From contig JBFGLM010000018.1 in NCBI GenBank assembly GCA_041576165.1, positions 1 to 64,000 of the forward strand: DNA of 64,000 bases, in the 5' to 3' direction. The number at the start of each line of letters is the position of its first letter. The first letter of the stretch is position 1. Positions 18,821 through 29,580 of the stretch are shown here, piece after piece. The stretch is from Acidimicrobiia bacterium. GTDB taxonomy: Bacteria > Actinomycetota > Acidimicrobiia > Spongiisociales > Spongiisociaceae. Both the position numbers and the translations under genes were made by a program. Below the pieces are notes generated by a model, which searched no databases, was not told the DNA's origin, and saw nothing but the letters and a program-made list of their open reading frames with translations.

Positions 18821-19810
18821 TCACGCTCGGGCGGCCGCCACGAAAGCTGCAACGGTTTCGGGGGAGGTACGACGGTCGATCCCGTGCCCGAGGTTCAGGA
18901 CATGCCCGGGCCGTCCCCCGACCGAGTCCAACAGATCCTCGGTGGCTCGGGCGACTGTCTCGGGGTCAGACAGCATGACGGCCGGGTCCAGGTTCCCCTG
19001 CACGGCCACGTCACCCAGAACGGGCCAGGCATCGACCAGCGGGATCCTCCAGTCGAGCCCGTATCCGTCCGCTTGGACTGCCGGCTGCAGGTCGAGGGCG
19101 TGGTTGGCTCCCGGGGCGAAATAGATACGCGGGACGGAATGGCTCTGCAACGACTGGCGGGCGGGCTCGGCGGCATGGATCGGGTAGGTGGCCCGGTCCA
19201 ATAACCCCGCCCAGGTGTCGAACAGCTGCACCACGTCGGCACCGGCTTCGATCTGAAGAGAGAGGTATTGCCGCATGGCCTCTGCCAGATGGGCGAGCGC
19301 GGCGCCGGCGGCCGGCGGATCGGCTCGTAGTGCTCCGCGCAGAGCCATGAAGTCCTTCGAGCCTCCGCCTTCGACGAGGTAGGCCAGCAGCGTCAGGGGT
19401 GCCCCGGCGAACCCGATCACCGCTACTTCCTCCGGCAGTTCGAGCTTGACGCGGCGGATTGTCTCGGCCACGAAACCGACCCGATCGGGAGTCAGCTCCC
19501 CCAGGGCCGCCACCTCGGCCAGCGTGTGCGGCCGGAGCTGGGGCCCCGGATCGAAGGTCATATCGACGCCCATCGCTTCGAGCGGAGTCATGATGTCGGC
19601 GAAGATCACCGCTGCATCCATGCAGTAGCGCCTGATCGGTTGCAGGGTCAGCTCCGCGGCCACCGCCGGAGTTGAAACGGCCTCCTGAAACGAATGCCGC
19701 CGCCGCAGGTCCCGGTACTCGGGCAGGTGACGGCCGGCCTGGCGCATGACCCAGACCGGGGGGCGGGGAAGCGGCTGTCGGGCCAGCGCGGCCAGGAGCG
19801 GTTTGGTCAT
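18821..19810 (-). CDS. hemE: Uroporphyrinogen decarboxylase
   Basis: PVWVMRQAGR, IFADI, GFAGAP, QGNLDP and NLGHGI. Confidence 0.95.
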   Translation of the reverse strand: MTKPLLAALARQPLPRPPVWVMRQAGRHLPEYRDLRRRHSFQEAVSTPAVAAELTLQPIRRYCMDAAVIFADIMTPLEAMGVDMTFDPGPQLRPHTLAEVAALGELTPDRVGFVAETIRRVKLELPEEVAVIGFAGAPLTLLAYLVEGGGSKDFMALRGALRADPPAAGAALAHLAEAMRQYLSLQIEAGADVVQLFDTWAGLLDRATYPIHAAEPARQSLQSHSVPRIYFAPGANHALDLQPAVQADGYGLDWRIPLVDAWPVLGDVAVQGNLDPAVMLSDPETVARATEDLLDSVGGRPGHVLNLGHGIDRRTSPETVAAFVAAARA

Positions 19811-21072
19811 GCGCTCGACTCGACGGCGTCCACCAGCGCCCCGATGGCCTCGTCAAGCACGTCGCGATGAGCGTCCATCAAGAACAGCGCTTCGAACGGC
19901 GACGGAGGCAACAAGACCCCGGCATCGAACGCAGCCCGGAAGAACCGGCCGAACCGGTCTCGATCGACGGTCGCTGCATCGTCCCAGCTGGTGACCCGGG
20001 TCGGCCCAAAGAACACGGTCAGCATGGCGCCGACCCGCTGCACACAGCCGCCGTCGCCGACGGCCCCGATCAGGGCCTTCTCGATCGACGAGCCGGCCTG
20101 CTCGAGCGAGTCGTAGATGTCCGGATGGTCCACGACATACCGCAGGCAGGCCGCGCCGGCAGCTGTCGCCAACGGATTGCCGGCCAGAGTGCCGGCCTGG
20201 TAGACCGGTCCGTCGGGGGCCACCAGCCGCATGAGGTCGGCGCGACCGCCGTAGGCAGCGGCCGGGGTGCCGCCTGCTACCACCTTGCCCAAACAGGTGA
20301 GGTCCGGCATCACGCCGTAGCGCTCCTGGGCTCCCCCCCGCCCCACCCGGAAACCCGTCATCACCTCGTCGAAGATCAGAAGCGCGCCTGTTTCGTCGCA
20401 CAGGCGGCGCAAACCCGCCAGGAATCCCGGCTCGGGTGGGACGACCCCCATGTTGCCGGCGACCGGCTCGACGATGATGCCGGCGATGTCGGCGCCCGTC
20501 ATCGCCTCGCGCACCGACCCCAGGTCGTTGAATCGCGCCACGCGGGTGTCGGCGACCGTGGCGGCCGGCACCCCCGGGCTGTCGGGTTGGCCGAACGTCA
20601 CGGCTCCCGATCCGGCCTTGACCAAGAACGGGTCGGCGTGACCGTGGTAGCAGCCCTCGAACTTGAGGATACCGTGACGGCCCGTGGCGGCCCGGGCGAT
20701 CCTGATGGCCGACGCGGTTGCTTCGGTTCCCGAATTGACCATGCGAACCACGTCCACCGACGGCACGAGCTCAACGATCAGCTCGGCCAGCTCCACCTCC
20801 CGTCCGGTCGGCGCGCCGAAAGAAGTTCCGTCGACCGCTGCTTCGGTTACCGCCCGCACGATGGCGGGGTGGGCGTGACCGAGCAGCAGCGCACCCCAGG
20901 ACGCGATGAAGTCGATCAGGCTGTCCCCGTCGACCGTGCGCAGCGATGCGCCGAGGCCTGACGCCACGAACGGAGGGGTGCCGCCCACGGCCTTGAAGGC
21001 TCGGACCGGGGAGTTGACCCCGCCCGGCATGACCTCGATCGCACGCTGGTACCACTCGGCTGAGGTGGTCAT
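19807..21072 (-). CDS. hemL: Glutamate-1-semialdehyde 2,1-aminomutase
   Basis: PGGVNSPVRAF, NSGTEAT, GCYHGH, FDEVMTGFR and LGKV. Confidence 0.95.
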   Translation of the reverse strand: MTTSAEWYQRAIEVMPGGVNSPVRAFKAVGGTPPFVASGLGASLRTVDGDSLIDFIASWGALLLGHAHPAIVRAVTEAAVDGTSFGAPTGREVELAELIVELVPSVDVVRMVNSGTEATASAIRIARAATGRHGILKFEGCYHGHADPFLVKAGSGAVTFGQPDSPGVPAATVADTRVARFNDLGSVREAMTGADIAGIIVEPVAGNMGVVPPEPGFLAGLRRLCDETGALLIFDEVMTGFRVGRGGAQERYGVMPDLTCLGKVVAGGTPAAAYGGRADLMRLVAPDGPVYQAGTLAGNPLATAAGAACLRYVVDHPDIYDSLEQAGSSIEKALIGAVGDGGCVQRVGAMLTVFFGPTRVTSWDDAATVDRDRFGRFFRAAFDAGVLLPPSPFEALFLMDAHRDVLDEAIGALVDAVESSA

Positions 21073-22049
21073 CACGCCACCGCCAGCAACCGGGCGGCCC
21101 GGGTGGCGAAATAGGTGAGGATGATGTCCGCTCCCGCCCGGGCAATCCCGGTCAGGGATTCGATCATCACCCGCTCGCCGTCGATCCAGCCATTCGCCGC
21201 CGCTGCTTCGATCATCGAGAACTCGCCCGAGACCTGATAGGCGGCCACCGGGGAGGTGACCGCATCCCGTACCCGCCGCACCACGTCGAGATACGGCCCG
21301 GCCGGTTTGACCATGACCATGTCGGCTCCCTCGGCGAGATCGATCGTCACCTCCGCCAGTGCCTCCCGCCCGTTGGCCGGATCCATCTGGTGCGTGCGCC
21401 GATCCCCGAACGCCGGCGCCGACTCGGCCGCGTCGCGAAATGGGCCGTAGTAGGCGCTGGCGTACTTCGCAGCATATGAACAGATCGCCAGTTCTGCGTG
21501 CCCGCTCTCGTCGAGTGCTGCCCGGATTGCCGCCACCCGGCCGTCCATCATGTCTGAGGGCGCGATCATGTCGGCCCCGGCATCGGCATAGGTCACGGCG
21601 GCTCGGGCCAGCAGTGGCAGGGTTTCGTCGTTGTAGACGGTCCCGTGCCGGACGACACCGCAATGTCCGTGGTCGGTGTATTCACACAGGCACACGTCGG
21701 CCCAAACCGTGAGATCCGGCTCGGTGTCCTTGATGGCACGAATGCCCTGCGGAACCGGCCCGGCGGGGTCCCACGCGCTCGACCCGTGTACGTCCTTGGT
21801 CGCCGGAATCCCGAACAGCATCACGCCGCCGACACCAGCGGCAAATGCTTCCTTCGCTACCGGTATGAGCTCGTCTACGGAGAGCTGGTAGTTGCCCGGC
21901 ATCGAACGGATCGGGCTGCGGATGCCTTCTCCGGTGGTGACGAACAGGGGCAGCACAAAACCGGCCGGATGGAGGCGGGTCTCTGCCACCATGCGTCGGA
22001 GTGCGGGGGAGCGCCGCAACCGGCGCGTCCGCGTGAATGAAGCAGTCAT
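21072..22049 (-). CDS. hemB: Porphobilinogen synthase (Zn type)
   Basis: [26 protein letters not shown] and AYQVSGE. Confidence 0.96.
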   Translation of the reverse strand: MTASFTRTRRLRRSPALRRMVAETRLHPAGFVLPLFVTTGEGIRSPIRSMPGNYQLSVDELIPVAKEAFAAGVGGVMLFGIPATKDVHGSSAWDPAGPVPQGIRAIKDTEPDLTVWADVCLCEYTDHGHCGVVRHGTVYNDETLPLLARAAVTYADAGADMIAPSDMMDGRVAAIRAALDESGHAELAICSYAAKYASAYYGPFRDAAESAPAFGDRRTHQMDPANGREALAEVTIDLAEGADMVMVKPAGPYLDVVRRVRDAVTSPVAAYQVSGEFSMIEAAAANGWIDGERVMIESLTGIARAGADIILTYFATRAARLLAVA

Positions 22050-22723
22050 GTTGGGTTCCTCTCTACGAGGGCTTCGGCGAGCGAACTGAGGTGTGGTTCT
22101 GGCGCTACGGCGTCGGGAGGGCGACCGCGGCGTTCCAGCTCGGCCGCGGTGGTGGGGCCGATCGCAGCCACGCGGATCCCGTAGAGATCCCGGGCGAGCA
22201 ACCAGCCGCGTACGGCAGACGGGCTGGCGAATACCACGGCGTCAACCGGGTCCGGCGGTGGGGGGCACGGCCGGGACCGGTAGACCGTCACGGCCTTTAC
22301 GGCGGCGCCGGCCCGTTCGAGCCTCCGCACGACCTCCGGGTCGGCGCCCGCGGCATGGGGGTACGCCACGGACTTGCCGCGTATCCGCTGGGCGAGAATG
22401 TCCGTCAATGCGTGCGATCCCGAATCACCAACCTCGAGAACGTGGCCGCCGGCGTTGCGGACAGCCGCAGCCGTAGCGGGTCCTACCGCAGCCACCGGGG
22501 TGTCGGGCATGCCGCCGTGGGGCCACAGGTGGGTGATGGACCGAGCGGACGTGACGAACATCAGGTCGGCGGTTGCCGCATGATTGCGCGCCGCTGCCGC
22601 ATTTCGCTCGCCGGTGGTTTCAATGGCGATGCAGGGCAGTGACATCGGCTGCAGACTGCAGGCAAGGAAGGCTGGGGCGAAGCGTTCGTATGCGTCGGCC
22701 GCGGTGGTGATCCCCACCCTCAC
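22046..22723 (-). CDS. hemD: Uroporphyrinogen-III synthase
   Basis: [23 protein letters not shown] and AIGPTTA; lies between hemC and hemB. Confidence 0.88.
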   Translation of the reverse strand: MRVGITTAADAYERFAPAFLACSLQPMSLPCIAIETTGERNAAAARNHAATADLMFVTSARSITHLWPHGGMPDTPVAAVGPATAAAVRNAGGHVLEVGDSGSHALTDILAQRIRGKSVAYPHAAGADPEVVRRLERAGAAVKAVTVYRSRPCPPPPDPVDAVVFASPSAVRGWLLARDLYGIRVAAIGPTTAAELERRGRPPDAVAPEPHLSSLAEALVERNPT

Positions 22724-23583
22724 GGCACGATCTCCAGCGCATCACACAGTGCGCGGCCGACCGATAGGGGATCCACGCCGGTGGCCGCCTCCCGCCGGGG
22801 TCCCCGATCGTCCGCAACGAACCCGGTGGCCGTCACCTCCGAGCCGCCGACGACGGCCAGCACCCCGAGCGCCGCCCGACAACCGGCGCCCGAAAGCCGG
22901 AGGACCGTCCGCTCGGTTTCGACGGCAGTGCGGGTCGGACCGTGATCGATCGCTTTGAGCAGCGTACGTGCCTCGGACGCCGCTCGGGCTTCCACTGTCA
23001 ACGCTCCCTGGGCGGCGGCCGGGACCATGTCGCGCAGGGCAAAGCGGTGGCCGATTCGATTCTCGAGGCCCATCCTGGCCAGCCCGGCCTCCGCCAGCAC
23101 GATCGCGTCGTACCGGCCGGTGTCGACTGCCGCGAGGCGGGTGTCGACGTTACCGCGGATTTCCTGGACTTCGACGTCCGGCCGCAACAGCCGGAGCTGC
23201 GCCGCCCGACGGGGACTCCCGGTGCCGATGACGGCTCCCGGACCCAGATCGTGCAGCGACGCTCCGCACAGCACGTCCCACGGGGCGGCTCGTTCGGGAT
23301 GAACCGCTTCGAGACCATCCGGACCAACCACCGGTAAGTCCTTGCCGGAATGGACGGCGATGTCGGCCGCGCCATCGAGAACCGCGTACTGGACGGCGCG
23401 CACGAAAGCGCCGACCTCGGTCAGAGCGGCAACTGGTGTTTTCCGGTCCCGGTCGCCGGTTGTGCTGATCGTCACCAGCTCGACCGCAAGACCGGGATGG
23501 GCGGCCGCGAGGGCGCGTCCCACCAGCTTCGACTGTGCGAGGGCCAGTTGGGATGCCCTAGTGGCAATCCGGATATCAGCCAC
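22720..23583 (-). CDS. hemC: Hydroxymethylbilane synthase
   Basis: ATRASQLALAQ, VHSGKDLP, GTGSPRRAAQL and RGNVDTRL. Confidence 0.95.
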   Translation of the reverse strand: MADIRIATRASQLALAQSKLVGRALAAAHPGLAVELVTISTTGDRDRKTPVAALTEVGAFVRAVQYAVLDGAADIAVHSGKDLPVVGPDGLEAVHPERAAPWDVLCGASLHDLGPGAVIGTGSPRRAAQLRLLRPDVEVQEIRGNVDTRLAAVDTGRYDAIVLAEAGLARMGLENRIGHRFALRDMVPAAAQGALTVEARAASEARTLLKAIDHGPTRTAVETERTVLRLSGAGCRAALGVLAVVGGSEVTATGFVADDRGPRREAATGVDPLSVGRALCDALEIVP

Positions 23584-24724
23584 GAGCCGGGCGGAACGCC
23601 TCCGCGATGGCCTCGACCACGCCGGCGTCGACGTCCGCGTTGTTGAGGTGTGACACCGGCCGGGCCATGATCGTGCGCGCCACCGTATGCGCGACCTGGC
23701 GCAGGATCGCTCGATCTTCCGGAGAATTCAGCTTCGATCCGAAACGGGCGACGGCCGACTCGACGATCTCGTCTGCGTCACTCATCAGGCGGCTGATGAG
23801 CGGCCCGACCTCGTTGTGACCGACGAAGCGGCGGTATGCCTTGGCGGCCGCTTCGCTTACGGCCACATCGGCCACGGCGGAGCGAGGCCCGGCGCCGGCC
23901 AAGCGGGCCAGGTCGTCGACGTCGTAGTGCGTCACGGCAGCATCTTGGGGAGGCTCGAAGTCGGGCGGCATAGCCATGTCGATCAACTTGAGAGGATTCG
24001 AGCGGACGCGTAGGACCTCGTCGAGGTGGTCTTCGCAGAGAAGCCGGCTGGTGGCACTGGTTGCCGAGATGACAGTTGGATGTGCGGCCATCACCTCTTC
24101 CAGCCGGTCGAACGACCACACCTCTGCAGATTTCACCGAAACAAACTCCGGGCGCCGGGCCAGCAGAATCGTCGGCGGCGGCGCCGGCCGGGTGGCCAGG
24201 CTCCGGAGTATCGCCATCGCCATTTCACCGGCCCCCAGGATCGTCACCCGGTCGTCGCCGGCGACGAGATCGGCGGCTATGGCTCCCATGGAGTCGTGAG
24301 GCAGGCGTGGCAGCAGGTCCCGCGCCCGCCGTCCGCTGCCGATGGCGGCCTGCAGGAGCCGGGTGAACTGGCCGTTGATTGCTCCGGCGTCGGCCGCCTC
24401 TGTGAGCGCGGTCCGGAACTGGGACAGGATCTCCCGCTCACCCACGATGGGCGACTCGAGGCCGGCCGCGACGCGGAAGAGGTGCAGGACTGCGTCCTGT
24501 CCGGATCGGACCTCCGGCTCGGGGGCGGTGCCTGGCTCGAACAGGCTGCGCAGGTCCCGGAGCAGTGAATCCGGAGGCAGCGGCGCAGCGATTTCGATTC
24601 GTACGCAGGTCGACAGGACGAACAATCCCGCGACCGGTGCCAGCTCGGCCAGTTGGGCAGCGAGCACGCCCCGCTGGGCGGTGTTGAGACGCGGGTATGC
24701 ATATGTGGCGCACGTCACCGCCAT
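23576..24724 (-). CDS. hemA: Glutamyl-tRNA reductase
   Basis: LSTCVRIE, HLFRVAAGLESPIVGEREILSQ, GAGEMA and DMAMP. Confidence 0.92.
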   Translation of the reverse strand: MAVTCATYAYPRLNTAQRGVLAAQLAELAPVAGLFVLSTCVRIEIAAPLPPDSLLRDLRSLFEPGTAPEPEVRSGQDAVLHLFRVAAGLESPIVGEREILSQFRTALTEAADAGAINGQFTRLLQAAIGSGRRARDLLPRLPHDSMGAIAADLVAGDDRVTILGAGEMAMAILRSLATRPAPPPTILLARRPEFVSVKSAEVWSFDRLEEVMAAHPTVISATSATSRLLCEDHLDEVLRVRSNPLKLIDMAMPPDFEPPQDAAVTHYDVDDLARLAGAGPRSAVADVAVSEAAAKAYRRFVGHNEVGPLISRLMSDADEIVESAVARFGSKLNSPEDRAILRQVAHTVARTIMARPVSHLNNADVDAGVVEAIAEAFRPARG

Positions 24725-24817
24725 CGGCGCGATCCTGTCTTGTCCGTCAGCTCCTGCAATGGAGGGTATTGCGTCGCGTCCAGACAGCCAGTCGGAATGA
24801 ATCCGACACTGTGTCGG

Positions 24818-25699
24818 TCAGGTCCAGTCGCGCGCTCGACCTCGCAGCAGCGCCAGCAACTCTGCCTCGGGCGATCCCGCCGGTGGCTCGGCGAGTGGCT
24901 CCCACCGCACGTATGGCGGAAGGGAAGCCAGGATCGAGTCCGCCCGGCCACCGGTTTCGAGACCAAACCGGGTCCCACGGTCCCAGGCGAGATTGAACTC
25001 GACGTAGCGGCCACGCCGGTGGTGGTGCCACCGCTCCTGATCCGGCCCGTATTCTGTAGAGATCCGTCGCTCCAGGATCGGGCGGTAGGCGGGTTCTAGC
25101 GCGTCGGCCAGATCGCGCTGGAATGCCCATACGTCCGACGGTTCCCGGTCGAGGTGATCGAAAAAGATCCCGCCGATGCCCCGAGCCTCGCCCCGGTGGG
25201 GGAGGAAGAAGTATTCGTCGCATGCCTGCTTCCAGGCGCCATAGTCGGCTATGGGATGCCGGCCACACACGTCGCGAATGGTGCGGTGGAAATGCTCTGC
25301 GTCGGATTCGTTGAGATACCAGGGCGTGAGGTCGGTCCCCCCGCCGAACCAGCCGCCCGGTCCCGCTTCGAAGTACCGCACGTTGGCGTGGAAGGTGGGC
25401 GCGAACGGATTCTTCGGATGGACGATGATCGAAACCCCGGTCGCAAAAAAGGAGTCGGCATCAACGCGTGCTCGGAGCGACGAGGGAGTGTCGCCCCACA
25501 CGGCGGAGAGGTTGACGGCCGCCTTCTCGATGATTGGCCCGATCAAGATACGGGTGTCGCCCCCTCCGCCGCCGGGGCGCTGCCACACGTCGCGGTGCAA
25601 TTCGGTCCGAGGATCTACCTCCGCCAGAAAGGCACAGAACCGCTCCTGGAAATCGCGGTACCAGGCCTCGACCTCGTCACGATCGGGACCGCCGGCCAT
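24818..25699 (-). CDS. hemF: Oxygen-dependent coproporphyrinogen III oxidase
   Basis: FFATGVS..HPKNP..PTFHANVRYF, WFGGGTDLTP, RGIGGIFFD and RRGRYVEFNL.WDRGTRFGL. Confidence 0.95.
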   Translation of the reverse strand: MAGGPDRDEVEAWYRDFQERFCAFLAEVDPRTELHRDVWQRPGGGGGDTRILIGPIIEKAAVNLSAVWGDTPSSLRARVDADSFFATGVSIIVHPKNPFAPTFHANVRYFEAGPGGWFGGGTDLTPWYLNESDAEHFHRTIRDVCGRHPIADYGAWKQACDEYFFLPHRGEARGIGGIFFDHLDREPSDVWAFQRDLADALEPAYRPILERRISTEYGPDQERWHHHRRGRYVEFNLAWDRGTRFGLETGGRADSILASLPPYVRWEPLAEPPAGSPEAELLALLRGRARDWT

Positions 25700-25720
25700 C
25701 AGCCGGTAGCCTCGCGGGCC

Positions 25721-26110
25721 ATGGCGCGCACACCAGGCGATCTCACCGACACCGACATCGGTTTCTTGACCGACCGGCATCTCGGCACGCTCACCACCCT
25801 GCGCGGCGACGGTTCCCCCCATGTCGTGGCCATTGCCTTCACCTTCGACCCAGGCGCAGCGATGGTGCGAATGATCTCCAATGAGGGTGGGCAGAAGATC
25901 CGCAACATCGAGCGCGACGACCGCGCCACGGTATGCCAGGTTGATGGCCGCAGGTGGCTGGCGCTCGAGGGGCGTGCCCGGGTGGTGCGCGACGCGGACC
26001 GGATCGCAGCGGCGGTGGCGGCGTTCGAGTCCCGGTATCGCCCGGTCCGTGAGAATCCGCATCGCATTGCGATTGAACTCACGGTCGAGCGTGTTCTGGG
26101 TCGCTCCTGA
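25721..26110 (+). CDS. PPOX-class (F420-dependent) oxidoreductase
   Basis: LTTLRGDGSPHV, QKIRNI and WLALEGRA. Confidence 0.85.
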   Translation: MARTPGDLTDTDIGFLTDRHLGTLTTLRGDGSPHVVAIAFTFDPGAAMVRMISNEGGQKIRNIERDDRATVCQVDGRRWLALEGRARVVRDADRIAAAVAAFESRYRPVRENPHRIAIELTVERVLGRS

Positions 26111-27140
26111 CGCCGGCCCGCCCCCGGATCAGATTGGCCACGGCGGTCGCCCACAGATCGCTGTCGTTCACACACGGCAACAGGAGGAGCTCCTCGCCGC
26201 CCAGCTCCATCCACTGGTTCCGTCCTCGGATCCCGATCTCCTCCAGGGTCTCCAGGCAGTCGGCGGCGAAGGACGGGGTGAGGACCGCTAGGCGCCTGAC
26301 CCCGCCGGCATAGAGCTGGGGGAGAACCTTGTCGGTATACGGCTTGATCCATTTTTGGCCGGTCAGCCGGCTCTGAAACGTCGTGTGATACGAACCCTCT
26401 TCGATGCCTAGTTCGGCGACCAGCCCCCGGGTGGTGGCGAAGCTGTGGGCCCGGTAGCAGAACCGGTTGGCCTCGTTGATCGCCTCGCAGCAATCCTGGT
26501 TGGCGAGGCACCACTGGCCGGTGGGATCAGATTTGCGGATCTGTTTCGCTGGCAGCCCGTGGTAGCTGAACACAACGTGATCCGGCCGGAATTCGTCCAG
26601 GGCCGGCCGGGCCGCAGCGGCGACCGCGTGAAGGAAGCCAGGGTTGTCATAGAACGGGCCAATCGTCGACACGTCGAGCACGTTCCAGCGATCCGCCACC
26701 ACCGCGAGCGTCTTCGCAACGGCCGAGCCGCCGGAGGCCGATGCGTACTGGGGGAAGAGCGGGAAGACGATCAGGCGATCGCACCCGGCGCCGGTCAGCT
26801 TCGCAATGGCCGAGGCGATGGAAGGGCTCTGGTAGCGCATGCCGTAGGCCACCCGGTAGCCATCTCCCAGGCGCCGGCCGACCTTGCGGGCCAGGCGCTC
26901 GGTATGGATGATCAGCGGCGAACCTTCGTCGGTCCATATCTGGCGGTAGGCGTGAGCGGATCGCCCGGGCCGCAAGGGCAAGATCACCCCGTTGAGGAGC
27001 AGGTGGCGCGCCGCCGCCGGCATGTCCAGCACCCGCGGGTCGGACAAGAACTCCCGCAAATACGTGCGCACATCGGAGGTTTTTGGCGAATCCGGCGTGC
27101 CCAGCTGCAACAGCAGGACGCCGATGGGTCGGTCGGTCAC
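26079..27140 (-). CDS. hemH: Ferrochelatase with internal Cys cluster
   Basis: LGTPDSP, YLREFLSDPRV, PLFPQYA, FSYHGLP, FQSR..WIKPYT and ADCLETLEE; C-x5-CC-x9-C insert. Confidence 0.95.
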   Translation of the reverse strand: MTDRPIGVLLLQLGTPDSPKTSDVRTYLREFLSDPRVLDMPAAARHLLLNGVILPLRPGRSAHAYRQIWTDEGSPLIIHTERLARKVGRRLGDGYRVAYGMRYQSPSIASAIAKLTGAGCDRLIVFPLFPQYASASGGSAVAKTLAVVADRWNVLDVSTIGPFYDNPGFLHAVAAAARPALDEFRPDHVVFSYHGLPAKQIRKSDPTGQWCLANQDCCEAINEANRFCYRAHSFATTRGLVAELGIEEGSYHTTFQSRLTGQKWIKPYTDKVLPQLYAGGVRRLAVLTPSFAADCLETLEEIGIRGRNQWMELGGEELLLLPCVNDSDLWATAVANLIRGRAGVRSDPEHARP

Positions 27141-27217
27141 CGCGCGAGAGTATGCCCGGCGGCTGCCGACAGGGAGTCGGAACATCCTCGATCCTTGGAG
27201 TCGCCCCGCAGCAGCGC

Positions 27218-28435
27218 TCAGAAATAGGCCTGGCCGGCTTCCACCGGGAACTCCCATTCGCACGGCCCGAACGGCCCGTCACCTTGGGAGGCCGCGTAGG
27301 CCACTCGATCCGCGCTGGTTTCGCCCTCGACGAGGGCCCGCCTCAGCCAGTCCATCACATACTGATGACAGTCGAGGCCGCCGACATTGTCGAGGTGCCA
27401 CAGCGGGTGGAACTGGTTCTCGAAGACCCACATCTCCTTGCGGCAGGTGAGGTCGTGATAGACCTCGATCGCGTCCTCGAGCGGGCACAGCGGGTCAAAC
27501 TCTCCGGTGACGAGCAGCGTGGGGCACTGGATCTTGTCGGCGTGGCCCTTGACGGTCATGCCCCGAGCCATCTCGTCGAACTCGTCCTCGTCATCCATAC
27601 CGGCCATGTACATGAACACCTGTTTGAACCGGGGCGACGACTGCGTGAAGATCGTGTTGTTGGGGTTGAAACACGCCACCGCGCTCACCAGGGCGGCCGG
27701 CCGGTGGTCGTAGCTGGCCAGGCGGAGCGACCAATAACTCCCCATCGACACCCCGTAGATGCCGATTCGATCTGCATCCACTTCCGGCCGCGTGAGCAAA
27801 TAGTCGATGACGGCGGCTCCCGCTCGCTCGTAGGTGTCCCCTACCGCACGGATCTTCTGTATGTTGGACGAGCCCTGCCCGGGCCCGTCCATAGAGATCA
27901 TGTGCATCCCCCGCTCGATGGCGAGGTTCTTGGCCGCCTTGGGCAGCACCTCTTTGGTCTGATCCATGCCCGGCACGTAGATCACGACCGGTGCGCGGCG
28001 GCGATCTGGGAGCAGGTGGAACAGACAGGAGATCGTGGTGGCGTCGTCAAACGGCACCTCGACCCGCTCGATCGGATAGTCGGCGACCTCTGACCGGGCG
28101 TCGACCATCTCGCACAGCTTCCCGTACAGGTGCAGCTTGATGGGGTTGTCGTCGTAGAAGATCGGGTGCTGCGCCATCCGGTAGGCCTCGATCGCCCGGT
28201 CGTAGTGCTCAGTAGCGGTCTGGCGGTGGCCCTGGTCGTGGGCGGTGCGGGCTAGACGCTCGTGATGGTCCGCACTCTCACGCCACATCTTCGGCAGCAT
28301 CCGGTAGTTGTGGGCGCGGGCCGGTGTCTCCCATTCGTCCCGTTCGAAGTTCTGAACACGGCCCCGCATGTTGAGTGCCAGGTCGAGCATCCACTGCTGG
28401 TTGTCACGTTCCGTACGCAGTTTGCGGATCGTCAT
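27218..28435 (-). CDS. Alpha/beta hydrolase (FrsA / dihydroxypseudooxynicotine hydrolase-like)
   Basis: PGMDQTKE, DGPGQG, GVSMGSY and GEFDPL. Confidence 0.8.
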   Translation of the reverse strand: MTIRKLRTERDNQQWMLDLALNMRGRVQNFERDEWETPARAHNYRMLPKMWRESADHHERLARTAHDQGHRQTATEHYDRAIEAYRMAQHPIFYDDNPIKLHLYGKLCEMVDARSEVADYPIERVEVPFDDATTISCLFHLLPDRRRAPVVIYVPGMDQTKEVLPKAAKNLAIERGMHMISMDGPGQGSSNIQKIRAVGDTYERAGAAVIDYLLTRPEVDADRIGIYGVSMGSYWSLRLASYDHRPAALVSAVACFNPNNTIFTQSSPRFKQVFMYMAGMDDEDEFDEMARGMTVKGHADKIQCPTLLVTGEFDPLCPLEDAIEVYHDLTCRKEMWVFENQFHPLWHLDNVGGLDCHQYVMDWLRRALVEGETSADRVAYAASQGDGPFGPCEWEFPVEAGQAYF

Positions 28436-28634
28436 GACGGTCCCTCCCTTCCGAGTTCGTCCGAGCGTAAAGCCCACTCTCCGGCGGCGCCCTCGTCGTG
28501 GCCGTGTGCAGAGGTCAACCGTTCGGGCCGAACCGCATCGTCCGCGAGGACGAGGCAAGAAGGGGCCTTCGGACGATGCGCGACGATACGCAGTGAACGA
28601 GGATTGCGGCTGGGACAACGTGACGGAGGGATGA

Positions 28635-29579
28635 ATGAGCGGACAGCGGGTGCTCGAGGTCAGCGACCTTCACAAACGATTCGAAGACATTCAGGCGGTT
28701 GCGGGCGTGTCGTTCTCTATCGAGCCGGGCGAGACATACGGCCTGCTCGGGCCGAACGGCGCTGGCAAAACAACATCGATCTCCCTGGTTGCGGGGCTGC
28801 TCGATGCGGACCAGGGCACGGTCCGCGTGTGTGGTCAGGAAATGAGTCCCGCCACGCTGCCGCCCAAGGCGGCCATCGGGCTCGTCCCGCAAGAACTCGC
28901 CATCTATCCGGACCTGACGGCTCGCGAGAACCTCCACTTCTTCGGCCGGCTGTACGGCATGGACAAAGCCACCCTGTTGCGGAGAACGAACGAGGTGTTG
29001 GAAGTCATAGGGCTGACGGACCGGGCGGACGATCGCGCTGACGAGTTCTCCGGTGGTATGAAACGGAGACTGAACATCGGGATCGGTTTGCTGCACCGGC
29101 CCCAACTACTGATACTGGACGAGCCAACCGTGGGCGTCGATCCGCAGTCACGTCACGCCATTCTCGAGAGCGTCGAGCACCTTTCGGGCGAGGGGCTGGC
29201 GGTGCTGTACACGACCCACTACATGGAAGAAGCCGAGCGGTTGTGCGACCGGGTGGGGATCATCGACCAGGGCGAGATCAAGGCCGAAGGGACCAGGCGC
29301 GACCTCGTGCGGATGGTCGGCGAACGCGACCGGATCAGCATTTCGGTCACCGGCTCTTCTGACGGCGCGGTCGCCGCGTTGCGAAACCTGCACGGTGTCA
29401 GCGATGCCACAGGAGCGGACGGCTCGATCGAGCTGCTGGTCGACGACGCCGGTGCGGTGCTGGCCGACGCGTTGCGCACAGTGACCGAGACCGGTGTGTC
29501 GGTGACGTCGGTTGCGGTGGAAGAGCCCGATCTCGAAGCGGTTTTCCTCCACCTGACCGGCAAGGCACTGAGGGATTGA
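28635..29579 (+). CDS. ABC exporter ATP-binding subunit
   Basis: GPNGAGKTT, FSGGMKRR, LILDEPT and TTHYMEE. Confidence 0.95.
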   Translation: MSGQRVLEVSDLHKRFEDIQAVAGVSFSIEPGETYGLLGPNGAGKTTSISLVAGLLDADQGTVRVCGQEMSPATLPPKAAIGLVPQELAIYPDLTARENLHFFGRLYGMDKATLLRRTNEVLEVIGLTDRADDRADEFSGGMKRRLNIGIGLLHRPQLLILDEPTVGVDPQSRHAILESVEHLSGEGLAVLYTTHYMEEAERLCDRVGIIDQGEIKAEGTRRDLVRMVGERDRISISVTGSSDGAVAALRNLHGVSDATGADGSIELLVDDAGAVLADALRTVTETGVSVTSVAVEEPDLEAVFLHLTGKALRD

Positions 29580-29580
29580 C

